This document shows positions 16,729 to 26,292 of a stretch of DNA of 64,000 nt, piece after piece. Where the stretch lies: the NCBI GenBank assembly GCA_014377485.1, contig JACMPM010000016.1, positions 1,396-65,395 on the forward strand, read 5' to 3'. Positions within the stretch are counted from its first letter, which is position 1; every line of letters starts with the position of its first letter. A program made the position numbers and the translations under genes. Origin of the DNA: Bacteriovorax sp. (lineage in GTDB: Bacteria; Bdellovibrionota; Bacteriovoracia; Bacteriovoracales; Bacteriovoracaceae). Below the pieces are notes generated by a model. The model saw only the letters and a list, made by a program, of their open reading frames with translations, was not told the origin of the DNA and searched no databases.

Positions 16729-18180
16729 CTACTCCGTTTCTTCCCTACACGGATACACCATTTTGTTTTTGATTTGAATCATCGCTATCTCGTCAACGTT
16801 TTCTTCCAAAAATGACGTAATTTCTGGATTTTTATCGTAAACATCCCGCAACTCATCAGGGTCATTTATTAAATCGTAAAGAAATTTTTTTTCATTTTTT
16901 AAATTCCAAACAAACTTCCACTTGTTTTTATAACGAATTGATTTAATGTCGTTTGCACAATTTCTGGAATATATTAGAGGATGATTGTTTTCTTTTTGGA
17001 TATATTCTTCAAAATTCTCTTCATTAATTTTACCTTCGATTATTTTATTAACTATATTTGCAATTCCTTGTTGATAAAATTGTGCGTTTATTATTTTTCT
17101 CTCATGCTGACCCGGAAATTTTATAAACAAAGGAAACTTTATCATTTCATCAAATACTGTTTCTCCATGAGCCATGTATTCGTGTTGAAAAAAAGCTTCT
17201 CCATGGTCTCCTGTAAAAATTAAAACCGTATTCTCTGCAAGTTCTTTGTCGTTATATAATTTTAAAAGTTCTTCTATCGAGCTGTCATAAATTTCCAACA
17301 TTTTATCATATGTTTCTTTAATTACATTTAAATCTGTTTCAAAAAAACTGGAAGACTTCCACTTGGCTAAAATACTTCGGTTATTTAATATACCAATAAA
17401 AGTTGGTGAATATTTTTTTTCCTTGAGACTCTTCGCTATTTGGTTATCTAGTTTTAATGTTTTTATTACTGCTTCTGTAAGCGTTTTTTTACGCTCCATA
17501 ACATATAAACTAAATGGAACTCTCTCTGGGTATTTGTCAAAGTTTTCAATATATTCTTCAATATAGCTTTGAGATTTAGGACTTATTAATTTCAGGATAT
17601 GATTTCCGGGGCCTAACTGCTTTGCGTAAGGAAGATGAATTATTTTATTATGGACTTCTATTAGAAATGGCCAATTTTTTTTATCCTGAAGTTTCTTCTT
17701 TAGGAATTGTAATCCATCAAGATAATTTCTAGGCATGTTGTTAAATATAATACTGTTATTTGGAATATTCATATAGTACTCAGGAATATTTTTGCCATTT
17801 ATTTGTTGCCAAGCAATTTCTTCTTTAGACCATGGTAACCCAATCGCATGGTATCCATTTTTTACTAGATTTGAGGATGGAATTCGCGACAAGAAGCCCG
17901 AGACGTTTGACCAAGACATATCTGTAATTGCATTATTAAAAACATAACTTTCTTCCGCTAGCTTATCTACATTCGGAGTTGAGTGGAATGCTGAATTGTA
18001 TACACTAAGTCGACTTGTACTTAGTGAGCAAGTACTTAGAACCAAAACATTATAACGCTTACGTTTGTTATTTTTTTGAATAAAAATAAATATTCCGACT
18101 AAGCTCAGTAGTGCTACGATACTAACGAAATATTTTTTTCGAGCATACATATTTTGTGTAAATCTTTTATACATAATCAA
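16729..18180 (-). CDS. membrane-anchored sulfatase-like hydrolase/transferase (alkaline phosphatase superfamily)
   Basis: N-terminal TM segment, FTGDHGEAF metal-site motif, and C-terminal FLYDLINDPDEL typical of PF00884-type proteins. Confidence 0.65.
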   Translation of the reverse strand: MIMYKRFTQNMYARKKYFVSIVALLSLVGIFIFIQKNNKRKRYNVLVLSTCSLSTSRLSVYNSAFHSTPNVDKLAEESYVFNNAITDMSWSNVSGFLSRIPSSNLVKNGYHAIGLPWSKEEIAWQQINGKNIPEYYMNIPNNSIIFNNMPRNYLDGLQFLKKKLQDKKNWPFLIEVHNKIIHLPYAKQLGPGNHILKLISPKSQSYIEEYIENFDKYPERVPFSLYVMERKKTLTEAVIKTLKLDNQIAKSLKEKKYSPTFIGILNNRSILAKWKSSSFFETDLNVIKETYDKMLEIYDSSIEELLKLYNDKELAENTVLIFTGDHGEAFFQHEYMAHGETVFDEMIKFPLFIKFPGQHERKIINAQFYQQGIANIVNKIIEGKINEENFEEYIQKENNHPLIYSRNCANDIKSIRYKNKWKFVWNLKNEKKFLYDLINDPDELRDVYDKNPEITSFLEENVDEIAMIQIKNKMVYPCREETE

Positions 18181-18193
18181 ACCAATGCAATTT

Positions 18194-20500
18194 TTAAATA
18201 TTTATTTTTAAATATTTCTCAGGCAATTTTTTAACACGCGTAATCATTTCAACAAATGATCCACTTCGACCTAGTCCAATTTCCTTAATCCCATTTTTGC
18301 AAGAAAATTCAAATCTTCTTTCAAACGGACCCACAAAAGAATTATTTCCCTGCAAAATGGGGGTATTTACATCCTGGCTATTAGATCGATTGAAACCTAT
18401 TGAGGAAGCGATTGAAAATTGCTTTCTTTCATTGTTTCCACACTTTAATTCTAAATAAGGAGCTATCCATGCTTGAGTCCAATTTGGTGCAACCCATGGC
18501 GTGATTTGAGAAAGGGTTGAGCCGATAATTTTAATATTTATTAAATAATTAAAATCATCTTTTTTCCATAATTCGATGATGGCCCCCGTAGAGCTGAATT
18601 CATTTTGATCTGGGTTTTCATTCCATTTAAAAAGATATTTATTTGAGCCAATGCTTTTCACACCCTCTGTACCTTGTATCGTTCCAAGTATTTTATCATC
18701 AAAAGACAATCTATAACCCTCTCCAAGATTATGGAAATGTTGTGGGATATTATTTTTATTTGTTATCCAGTAAGGCGTAATCAAAATTTCATTAGAAATA
18801 TTTTCCCCTAAACGAATATCTCCATTTTTTACAGACTGTAAAACTTCTGGTTGCATATTTTGTTTCATTATCCAATATTTTGCTGGAGCCAAAGGACCAA
18901 AATTTTTTTGCCAGGAAGCTCGGTAGTAGATTGATACAAAAAATCCATCTGGCACGTTAGCGGCTATTGGTCTAGAATGAATTTCATTTTTAAAATCAGT
19001 CAATACTAACTCTGGGGCTTGCTCTAAATGGTGCCCTATGTAAAAAATTCTAGTCCTTGCTTGATCATAACTCCAACCAGTTTCACGATTTATAGATGTC
19101 CAAATCTTTTTCCAAAGTGCGTATCTGGGCATGTTAAAGTTTCGAATACGAAATGTACCAATTTGTTCTAGCGATTTTTGCGTGTGAGTTAACGAAATCA
19201 TTAGGGCAAAGCTACAAAGAAATGCGTTCCCACGTTTTCGAAAATTGATATCTATGATCAAGATCAGCGTGATCAAAAAAAACATCAAAATAAAACAATA
19301 TACAATAATTGATTTAAACTGATTACTATTTTTATGATAAATAACTATCCATAATGATAATTGGATGATGATTCCAATAAAATTAAAAATTTTAACTTTT
19401 TTAGTTGATAGAATTAAGTAATCATATAAGTACAATGTTGTGAAGCTTACGCTTATCATAAAGGGCAATGTGTACCTGGCCGCTTGTGGAGAAAAGAAAA
19501 GTTCAATTACTGGCAAGCTAGAAATAATTAAGCAAACAATCAGTGGTTGCATCTTATTTTTTAATTCCTCTTTCGCAAGTTTATTAATATCACGAAAAAA
19601 TAAAAAATGAATTGGCAATAATATTAACATTGGAAAGGGAACCAATCCGAACATAATATTTATTATCACATTGCTTAAAGGCATTTGGTCACCAAACGAC
19701 ATTAAATGCAATAAACTTAAAGGTGCATTAGATGATTCACCTGAATAAAAACTAGGTACTCCGAAAGGAAGTTTTAGTTTTATAAATAAAATCCACGTTA
19801 AATATGGAATAGACGGAATAAGAAAAAACACCACCCCTTTGGCAATAACTTTTTTAGGAACTGAATATAAGTCTAACTTTTTTGATAAAATATTCAAAAT
19901 AATCATTGCTATAAAATAGCAAATAATTGAAAAGTGAAATTGCAATCCAAGTCCAATAATAAAAGACGCCCAAAGATAAGCTTTGTTTTTTGTTTCGATA
20001 CTATTTTTTTTATCATAAACCTCCTGAATAAAAACAAGAGAGAAGACTGTAAATATAATCATTGAACTGACATTTAAAAATATTGCAAGATAATTAAAGG
20101 TAAATGGAGCAAGTGAGAAAAGAATGATCCACATCAGTGCATTCACTCGAGATCCTTTTAAATAAAAATATAACGTTCCTCCAGCCCCTGCCATAACGGC
20201 AAGTATATATTGCATAACCCAAGCACTGACCCAACCAAAACTAAACATCTGTGAAATTGACAAGAAAATATAATAAAGTGGCCCCGGTAAGTTTCCTCCT
20301 CCAGTCATTTCAGGCCCATAAAATATTAAATTACCTTTTAAAATATTTCTTGCCCGAATAATATCTCGATGCTGAAAGATGTAAAAAATAGTATTATCAA
20401 ACAGATCAAAAGCGTTTATACAAATGGTAAACACTAGTGCAATACTCGCTAAGAATATTATAAATTTTAGTACATCATTTTTCCAAATTTTCTTTAACAA
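18194..20500 (-). CDS. polytopic membrane protein, GT-C-like; paralog B
   Basis: Shares FYGPEMTGGGNLPGPLYY, IRLGENIS, FLFKWNE.PD, INIKIIGST.SQ.TPWV.P.WTQAWI.PYLE with 14392-16692. Confidence 0.4.
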   Translation of the reverse strand: MLKKIWKNDVLKFIIFLASIALVFTICINAFDLFDNTIFYIFQHRDIIRARNILKGNLIFYGPEMTGGGNLPGPLYYIFLSISQMFSFGWVSAWVMQYILAVMAGAGGTLYFYLKGSRVNALMWIILFSLAPFTFNYLAIFLNVSSMIIFTVFSLVFIQEVYDKKNSIETKNKAYLWASFIIGLGLQFHFSIICYFIAMIILNILSKKLDLYSVPKKVIAKGVVFFLIPSIPYLTWILFIKLKLPFGVPSFYSGESSNAPLSLLHLMSFGDQMPLSNVIINIMFGLVPFPMLILLPIHFLFFRDINKLAKEELKNKMQPLIVCLIISSLPVIELFFSPQAARYTLPFMISVSFTTLYLYDYLILSTKKVKIFNFIGIIIQLSLWIVIYHKNSNQFKSIIVYCFILMFFLITLILIIDINFRKRGNAFLCSFALMISLTHTQKSLEQIGTFRIRNFNMPRYALWKKIWTSINRETGWSYDQARTRIFYIGHHLEQAPELVLTDFKNEIHSRPIAANVPDGFFVSIYYRASWQKNFGPLAPAKYWIMKQNMQPEVLQSVKNGDIRLGENISNEILITPYWITNKNNIPQHFHNLGEGYRLSFDDKILGTIQGTEGVKSIGSNKYLFKWNENPDQNEFSSTGAIIELWKKDDFNYLINIKIIGSTLSQITPWVAPNWTQAWIAPYLELKCGNNERKQFSIASSIGFNRSNSQDVNTPILQGNNSFVGPFERRFEFSCKNGIKEIGLGRSGSFVEMITRVKKLPEKYLKINI

Positions 20501-20566
20501 TATTACCTACTTTTCAATCTCATACCAAAACTCATTTAATAGATCATTGTTCTTTCATTACTAATT

Positions 20567-21169
20567 CTAAAAAATAAGTCTTGGAATTGTTAACAGATTA
20601 AGACTAACAAAATTATTTTCAAAAAATAATTGGATTTTTTCTAAGGAGGTCTCTGTCGGACTAAAGTAATCTACAATCAATAAATATCTCTTATTTTTGT
20701 CTCTGTAAAAAGCCGTTGCACGTTTAAAAATTGGTTTATTTTTCTGACAAATACATAATGCAAATCTCTCATCCACATATGCTGTTACAAAAGAGCTTTT
20801 CGCCAGATTGTAAATCTTAGGCATATATTCCTGACGACATGCTTCAGCCATTTCAGCTTTTCCATTAAATGCTAAAGAAGTGAAATGAAATTGTGAAAAC
20901 CTTGTTTTTAAACTTTGGTTCAACATTTCAGTTGCTTGTTCTTGATTTTTTACAGTTATCATTTGTATTTTTATAGAATTTCCACTTTTATTTTTAGCGA
21001 TAACAATATTGGGCTCTAGAGATTCATAAAAAGTATTATATTCCCCGCCAAAAGAAATCGGTATTTCATGATCCTCTAATCGCTTTTCAAAACGATTTTT
21101 GGTGCATGAAAACAACAGAAGCAAAAAAAAAAGAATGATAGAAATCTTATTTTTTAACATTTTAAGCAA
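20567..21169 (-). CDS. lipoprotein of unknown function; paralog of 30738-31403
   Basis: Signal peptide with lipobox LLFSC. Shares the ERFALCICQ block with the 30738 ORF (ERLALSICQ). Confidence 0.55.
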   Translation of the reverse strand: MLKMLKNKISIILFFLLLLFSCTKNRFEKRLEDHEIPISFGGEYNTFYESLEPNIVIAKNKSGNSIKIQMITVKNQEQATEMLNQSLKTRFSQFHFTSLAFNGKAEMAEACRQEYMPKIYNLAKSSFVTAYVDERFALCICQKNKPIFKRATAFYRDKNKRYLLIVDYFSPTETSLEKIQLFFENNFVSLNLLTIPRLIF

Positions 21170-21250
21170 ATTTTTATGCCTGGTTTACATATTGAAGTAT
21201 TTTACGTAAAAAATTATAATTTATATCTTTTTCGTAATCAAGGATTACTT

Positions 21251-22744
21251 GTGATTAAAAATTTCATCCTTTTTTTTTATATATTGTTGATTTCGCCATA
21301 TGCTTTCTCTATAACGAATAACGATATTATTACCAAGAATTCCCTCTCATGTCCCAGATGTAATATAATCATTATCTCACTAACTGGTCTTAGAAATAAG
21401 AACATGAATATTTACGGATATGGTCGCAATACTACTCCGAATATTAATCATTTTTTTAATGATTCTTATATTTTTACAAATGCCTTTGCTCCCGCATCTT
21501 TCACGTTCACTGATTCAATTTCACTATTTTATTCAATCTCCCCCCAGATACATAAAAGCTTTAATCGATATAGCTATAAATGGTTGGATAAAACGCTCAA
21601 AAATTATCCTTCTTTTCCTGAAATTCTTGCGCGTGACGGGTATAAAACTGCAGCATTTGTAAGCGATGAAGACTATTTTTACAATCAAGGGGTAGGAAGA
21701 ACCTTTCAATATTATTTTGATAGATCGCTTTATCCCGATTTTGGTATTACTTTTAAACCTTTCACTTATTCTGTCGGAACCAGTCAGCTTGTTCCAATTG
21801 TCAATAAATGGCTTAACATTCATAAAAAAGAAAAATTTTTACTTTTCATGCAAGCATACGATATGCATTGCCCCTATTCTCCTTTAGATAAGTTTGCCAA
21901 TTTATATCCAGGGCCTCATTCAAAAAAGATTCCCTTCACATCTGAATGTTTAATGACATTAAAAGATGTGATTAAAAATAAGAAGAAAGATAAAATTTTA
22001 TTGCAAACTCTTTCAGCTTTTATGGATAGTAGGAAGGTGGACTATTACTTAGACCGTAATGACCAAAAATATCTTGAATCTCGATACGATGCTGAGTTAA
22101 ACCAAACGGATTCTAATTTAAAAGCTTTATTTGAAACAATCAAAGAACTCAAGTTAGATAAAAATACAATAATTATCCTACTTTCCGAACATGGTGATAA
22201 TCTCGGAGAAAATGGTTTTTATATGAAAATGTCTCCAACTGCCAAAGGAAATCTTCAACGAAATAATCTAGGTTTTCCGCTCATTGTAAAAACTCCATCA
22301 CTAAATGGAAAGCATAAGCAGGATCAAATTATTCAGACAATTGATTTAGCACCTACTTTATTGGAAATGGTTGGGCTAAAGCCCGATTTGAAAATGCAGG
22401 GTAAAAGCTTCATGGATATTGTGGGAACTAAGAAAGAAATTAATGACTATGCCTACTCGTTCTCAATTGTATTTGATTTTTTGAAACTAGGTTTGCAGGT
22501 TAAAACTATGAATAAATTAGAATCCTTGATTGGAAAAGATTGGAAACTAGACCACTCAATACAAATAGAGATTTCCAAAATGCGTCCAATTAAAGAAGAA
22601 TACTTTCTTTACAATTTGAATAATGATCCAAATGAATCAATGGATCTCTCTCTAAAAAATAAAAAAAAATTAAAGGAGATGCAACAGATTTTATCCATTA
22701 AAAGGATTTACTATAGCACTACCAATCATTTGAATAAACCATAG
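21251..22744 (+). CDS. secreted sulfatase-like hydrolase/transferase (alkaline phosphatase superfamily)
   Basis: Motifs LSEHGDNLGENG and C-terminal FLYNLNNDPNES. An in-frame GTG at 21251 gives a clean signal peptide (IKNFILFFYILLISPYAFS). The track start at 21176 would leave only 6 nt to the divergent gene. Confidence 0.65.
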   Translation: MIKNFILFFYILLISPYAFSITNNDIITKNSLSCPRCNIIIISLTGLRNKNMNIYGYGRNTTPNINHFFNDSYIFTNAFAPASFTFTDSISLFYSISPQIHKSFNRYSYKWLDKTLKNYPSFPEILARDGYKTAAFVSDEDYFYNQGVGRTFQYYFDRSLYPDFGITFKPFTYSVGTSQLVPIVNKWLNIHKKEKFLLFMQAYDMHCPYSPLDKFANLYPGPHSKKIPFTSECLMTLKDVIKNKKKDKILLQTLSAFMDSRKVDYYLDRNDQKYLESRYDAELNQTDSNLKALFETIKELKLDKNTIIILLSEHGDNLGENGFYMKMSPTAKGNLQRNNLGFPLIVKTPSLNGKHKQDQIIQTIDLAPTLLEMVGLKPDLKMQGKSFMDIVGTKKEINDYAYSFSIVFDFLKLGLQVKTMNKLESLIGKDWKLDHSIQIEISKMRPIKEEYFLYNLNNDPNESMDLSLKNKKKLKEMQQILSIKRIYYSTTNHLNKP

Positions 22745-22749
22745 ATCTT

Positions 22750-22775
22750 GCTCTCTATTGTGATAAATAGAGAGC
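22750..22775 (+). terminator. rho-independent terminator-like hairpin
   Basis: Perfect 10-bp stem gctctctatt / aatagagagc with a 6-nt loop, 6 nt after the stop at 22744, followed by a T-rich tract. Confidence 0.6.
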
Positions 22776-22916
22776 ATTAGGTTATATTTTACATAATAAA
22801 ATTTTGTAAGTTGCAATCGACATCAGTTATTGCCAGAAGAAATTCCATGAATTACATTTTTAATTGGTTTTATTTACCATTCTCTGAGAAGCTAGAAATG
22901 CGAATCTAAAATTTGG

Positions 22917-23948
22917 ATGGTGGCCAGATTGAAAAAATATCAGATTGTTTTAGTGTTATTATTAGTTCTTACATTTGGTATCTTGATAGGATATCGGATT
23001 GAGTATAAGATGACTCAAAAAGATATTAATATTAGAAAGCAGGCAGTTTTTGGTAAAAACCTATATCCACAACAACCACTAGTCCTACCTCCTCTTCCTA
23101 TTATTATTAACTTTCTTTTAAATGATCAAACTAGCGATGAATTATTAGATGAGACCACGAAGTCATCAATTGAAAATTTAATGAGTTCAAAATATATTAA
23201 GTTCTATTTTCGATTTTTTGGTAAATCTCCAACAAGTGCACTGCAAACACTTTCCGAAAATCGTGGTAAAACCAATATGGGAATGGTTGATGCTTCACGT
23301 GTAGTGAATATGCTTCTTAGGGGTTGGCCAGTTGATCCTATCTATACAGCATCACCTAATCCAACCAACGAATGTTTTACCGAAACCCAAATTATTTCAA
23401 ATGGAAACGTTAAGCGTATTGAGGATTTGGATAGAAAGAATATTGGTGTCGAACGAATAGCGATGCCTCTTTCATTTCTTACATTCAAAAATCTCAAAGA
23501 ACAAAACATTAGTGTAAATAAATTCTACATTTATAATAACCTTAATTCTGAGCTAAAGGATTTATTAAACAATAAAATTGACGCTATAGTGACTAGGGTT
23601 AGCGTCTTTTCAAATAATCAGACTGGTAGCAAGATTGGTTATTTTGATAGTGAGGGCTATCCTGATTATCCAAATTTCAAAATATTAACAACTTCAAACT
23701 TTAAGGTTCCCTGCAAAATTATTTTTATCAGCAAACTTATTGGATCTAATCTAAAATTAGAATTAGAGAACAAATTGATGGATGTCACTTCAAGGCCTGA
23801 AACCAAAGAACTTATTGCGAGAGGAATTAATGTTGCATCTATCAGAAAAATTAAGTCTGAGGACTGGGGGAAAATAGAAAAACTTCTGAAGGACTTAAAA
23901 AATTTCCATCTAAATACTTTTGCCTCCGAAATTATCAAAAGTGAATGA
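22917..23948 (+). CDS. hypothetical membrane-anchored or periplasmic protein
   Basis: Long ORF with an N-terminal hydrophobic helix. Any periplasmic binding-protein-like character is only a weak impression. Confidence 0.4.
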   Translation: MVARLKKYQIVLVLLLVLTFGILIGYRIEYKMTQKDINIRKQAVFGKNLYPQQPLVLPPLPIIINFLLNDQTSDELLDETTKSSIENLMSSKYIKFYFRFFGKSPTSALQTLSENRGKTNMGMVDASRVVNMLLRGWPVDPIYTASPNPTNECFTETQIISNGNVKRIEDLDRKNIGVERIAMPLSFLTFKNLKEQNISVNKFYIYNNLNSELKDLLNNKIDAIVTRVSVFSNNQTGSKIGYFDSEGYPDYPNFKILTTSNFKVPCKIIFISKLIGSNLKLELENKLMDVTSRPETKELIARGINVASIRKIKSEDWGKIEKLLKDLKNFHLNTFASEIIKSE

Positions 23949-23980
23949 TAGTGTTTTAAGTTTTTTAATTCATAAAATTC

Positions 23981-25597
23981 TTAAAATTTATTTTGAACAT
24001 TCAACAGTTCTGATTTGAAAACTTGTAAGGACAAGTCATAGGTACTCGGTTTGCGCAGTCTTTTATATACATATTTCTTAAATCTAAAAAATCGCTTGAA
24101 AAGATTAAAAAATAAATTTTTACTTTCAATAGCTATCATCCACCATCCTCGTACTCTAAATTCGTTATAAGAATCACGTTTTATCATCTTGGTAAAATTA
24201 ACGAGAATGAAAGGATTTAAAAAACTTGGAAAATATTTAATGAGATCAAATTTTAAACAAAAAAGAATAAAAGCCTTGGGCATCAATGGAAGAAGAACTA
24301 TAAATGCGTGATATTTTCGAGATAGCTTATCCTGTTCGAGTTGAGTTCCACCTGCAATATGGCCTCTTGAATGTTGTGAGTTCTCAAGCTTCATTAGTTC
24401 CATAGGAGACAAGAGTTTTCTTTCTTTAACGATTGAAAGAATTTCTGTTGAGGGATAATAACGAAGCCAAAAAGCATAAATATGCCAAGGGTTTGTTTCA
24501 GCCAAGAGCCGAACAGTCTCATCAAGGTCTTCTTTTGTTTCTGTTGGTAATCCTATTATAATATCAACCGTTGCTCGGATTCCTGCTTTTTGAAGGGCCT
24601 TTAGAGATAAGCGGATCTGATCGTCCTTTGTGTTTCTATGAAGAAGCTCTTTGCGTAAATGTTGAGCTCCAGACTGGATACCCATTTCGACAGCATCACA
24701 TCCACTCTCCACTAATAACTGAGCCATTTCATCATCGATGGTATTAGGATAAACCCAAGCAAAATATGGAATTCCTACTTTCTCCTTATAGAGAGGACAA
24801 AATTCCCTCAGCCAGTTTTTATCAAAACTAAAATCTTCATCATTAAAACGTACGTGTTTTATATTATAATTTTTTTTAGCCCAAAGTATCTCATTAACAA
24901 CATATTCTGGACTATGACGACGTGCCCATTTTTGAGTTTTTTCAACTTCACCTTTATACAGTTTCATTGAAGTATTATTGTCACAAAAAGTACAACGGTA
25001 TGGACAACCTCTTCCGCTCATCGTTGTGTAACCATGATTGAGATAAGGCATGATATCGTAATAGAGATTTTTATCCGGAAAAGGCAAAATATCTAAGTCA
25101 TCTATGAGTGGCCTCATACTATTTATTTTTATTTTTCCATTTTGTTTGAAACCAAGACCAAGAACTTCCTCAAAAGCCAGTTTGCCTTCCAAGGCGAGTA
25201 CTAGCTCAACAAGAGTGATCTCTCCTTCTCCTCGGATTATAAAGTCCACAGCGTCGTGCTTCAAACACTCTTCTGGATGAAAAGTTGCGTGAACATTTCC
25301 AAGGACGATGGGAATATTGAGATGGTTTTTAATTCTTGCAGCCCATTTTAGCGCCCAAGTTAAATCGTCTGTTACAACCGAGAGGCCGATGAGATCTGGA
25401 TTGTGATCATCAATTTTTCGGATAACATCTTCATAGTTATCAAAAATTTTAGCAAGCAAAGAATGTTGTACCCAAGGATTATCAAACAGGTTGGGATCGT
25501 TAACCAAAGCAGTTTCATGTCCTTCTTTTTTAAGAAAGGCTGAAAGGCACTGGATACCACCCATTTCTTGCTGAGGATTTAGAAATAAAACCTTCAT
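23981..25597 (-). CDS. B12-binding domain radical SAM protein
   Basis: N-terminal Rossmann-like B12 domain (MKVLFLNPQ...LIGLSV) and CX3CX2C motif GRGCPYRCTFCDN. Confidence 0.8.
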   Translation of the reverse strand: MKVLFLNPQQEMGGIQCLSAFLKKEGHETALVNDPNLFDNPWVQHSLLAKIFDNYEDVIRKIDDHNPDLIGLSVVTDDLTWALKWAARIKNHLNIPIVLGNVHATFHPEECLKHDAVDFIIRGEGEITLVELVLALEGKLAFEEVLGLGFKQNGKIKINSMRPLIDDLDILPFPDKNLYYDIMPYLNHGYTTMSGRGCPYRCTFCDNNTSMKLYKGEVEKTQKWARRHSPEYVVNEILWAKKNYNIKHVRFNDEDFSFDKNWLREFCPLYKEKVGIPYFAWVYPNTIDDEMAQLLVESGCDAVEMGIQSGAQHLRKELLHRNTKDDQIRLSLKALQKAGIRATVDIIIGLPTETKEDLDETVRLLAETNPWHIYAFWLRYYPSTEILSIVKERKLLSPMELMKLENSQHSRGHIAGGTQLEQDKLSRKYHAFIVLLPLMPKAFILFCLKFDLIKYFPSFLNPFILVNFTKMIKRDSYNEFRVRGWWMIAIESKNLFFNLFKRFFRFKKYVYKRLRKPSTYDLSLQVFKSELLNVQNKF

Positions 25598-25598
25598 A

Positions 25599-26288
25599 CT
25601 ACACTCTTTCCGTTCTGTTTTTTACATCAATCCATTTCGATCTAAAAAGTCTAACAAAAATGGATGAAATAAATAAGATAAAAAATGTTAACGCGATATT
25701 TCTTTTGTAATTGATTGAAGTTGAGGCATCACTAATTAGACAAGAACCAATGCTATTAAGCAACACAACGTCAAAGAAAATTCCTACTATGGTCGTAAGC
25801 AAATAAAGCAAGTAAGGAACTCTTAAAAAGCCAAACATCATATTAAGTGCGCCATATGGGAGCAAAGGACTCAGTCTTGCGAGTATTAGGAAAGAATGAC
25901 CGTTGGATTCTAAATTATCTTTAAGGATATCTATTTGATTCTTATATTTATTTTTAATAAATTTAAGAGGCAGCTTCATTCCGATATAGTAGCTACTACA
26001 ACCGCTGAAAATAGTTACTAGATAAACAATACAAACTCCTCGCCAGAATCCAAAAACGGCTCCGGAGAGAATATTTAAAAAAGTACAGCTTCCAGGTAGA
26101 CTTAATGTTGCCGAAACGAAATGGACAAGGCAAAAAAGAATTATGCTTAATACCGGAAAATTTTTAAAAAAACTTCTTACCAGTTCAATATTACCTACGA
26201 ACCATGATGAAATTGGAACTTGACTCTTAAGATTAAGGAAACAATAAACTATGATGATTATTGCAAAAACAGAGAGTGCATTAATCAG
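25599..26288 (-). CDS. TVP38/TMEM64 (DedA-like, VTT domain) membrane protein; start codon unclear
   Basis: The track ORF starts at ATG 25979, but the frame stays open upstream to 26333. That stretch encodes ...LPGSCTFLNILSGAVFGFWRG..., the VTT-domain core, and has no in-frame ATG, GTG or TTG. Confidence 0.5.
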   Translation of the reverse strand: MINALSVFAIIIIVYCFLNLKSQVPISSWFVGNIELVRSFFKNFPVLSIILFCLVHFVSATLSLPGSCTFLNILSGAVFGFWRGVCIVYLVTIFSGCSSYYIGMKLPLKFIKNKYKNQIDILKDNLESNGHSFLILARLSPLLPYGALNMMFGFLRVPYLLYLLTTIVGIFFDVVLLNSIGSCLISDASTSINYKRNIALTFFILFISSIFVRLFRSKWIDVKNRTERV

Positions 26289-26292
26289 AAAT

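Noticed and set aside
22847-22909. 20-codon mini-ORF MNYIFNWFYLPFSEKLEMRI upstream of 22917
   Set aside because: It has no RBS, no partner gene logic and no conservation evidence. It is likely chance.
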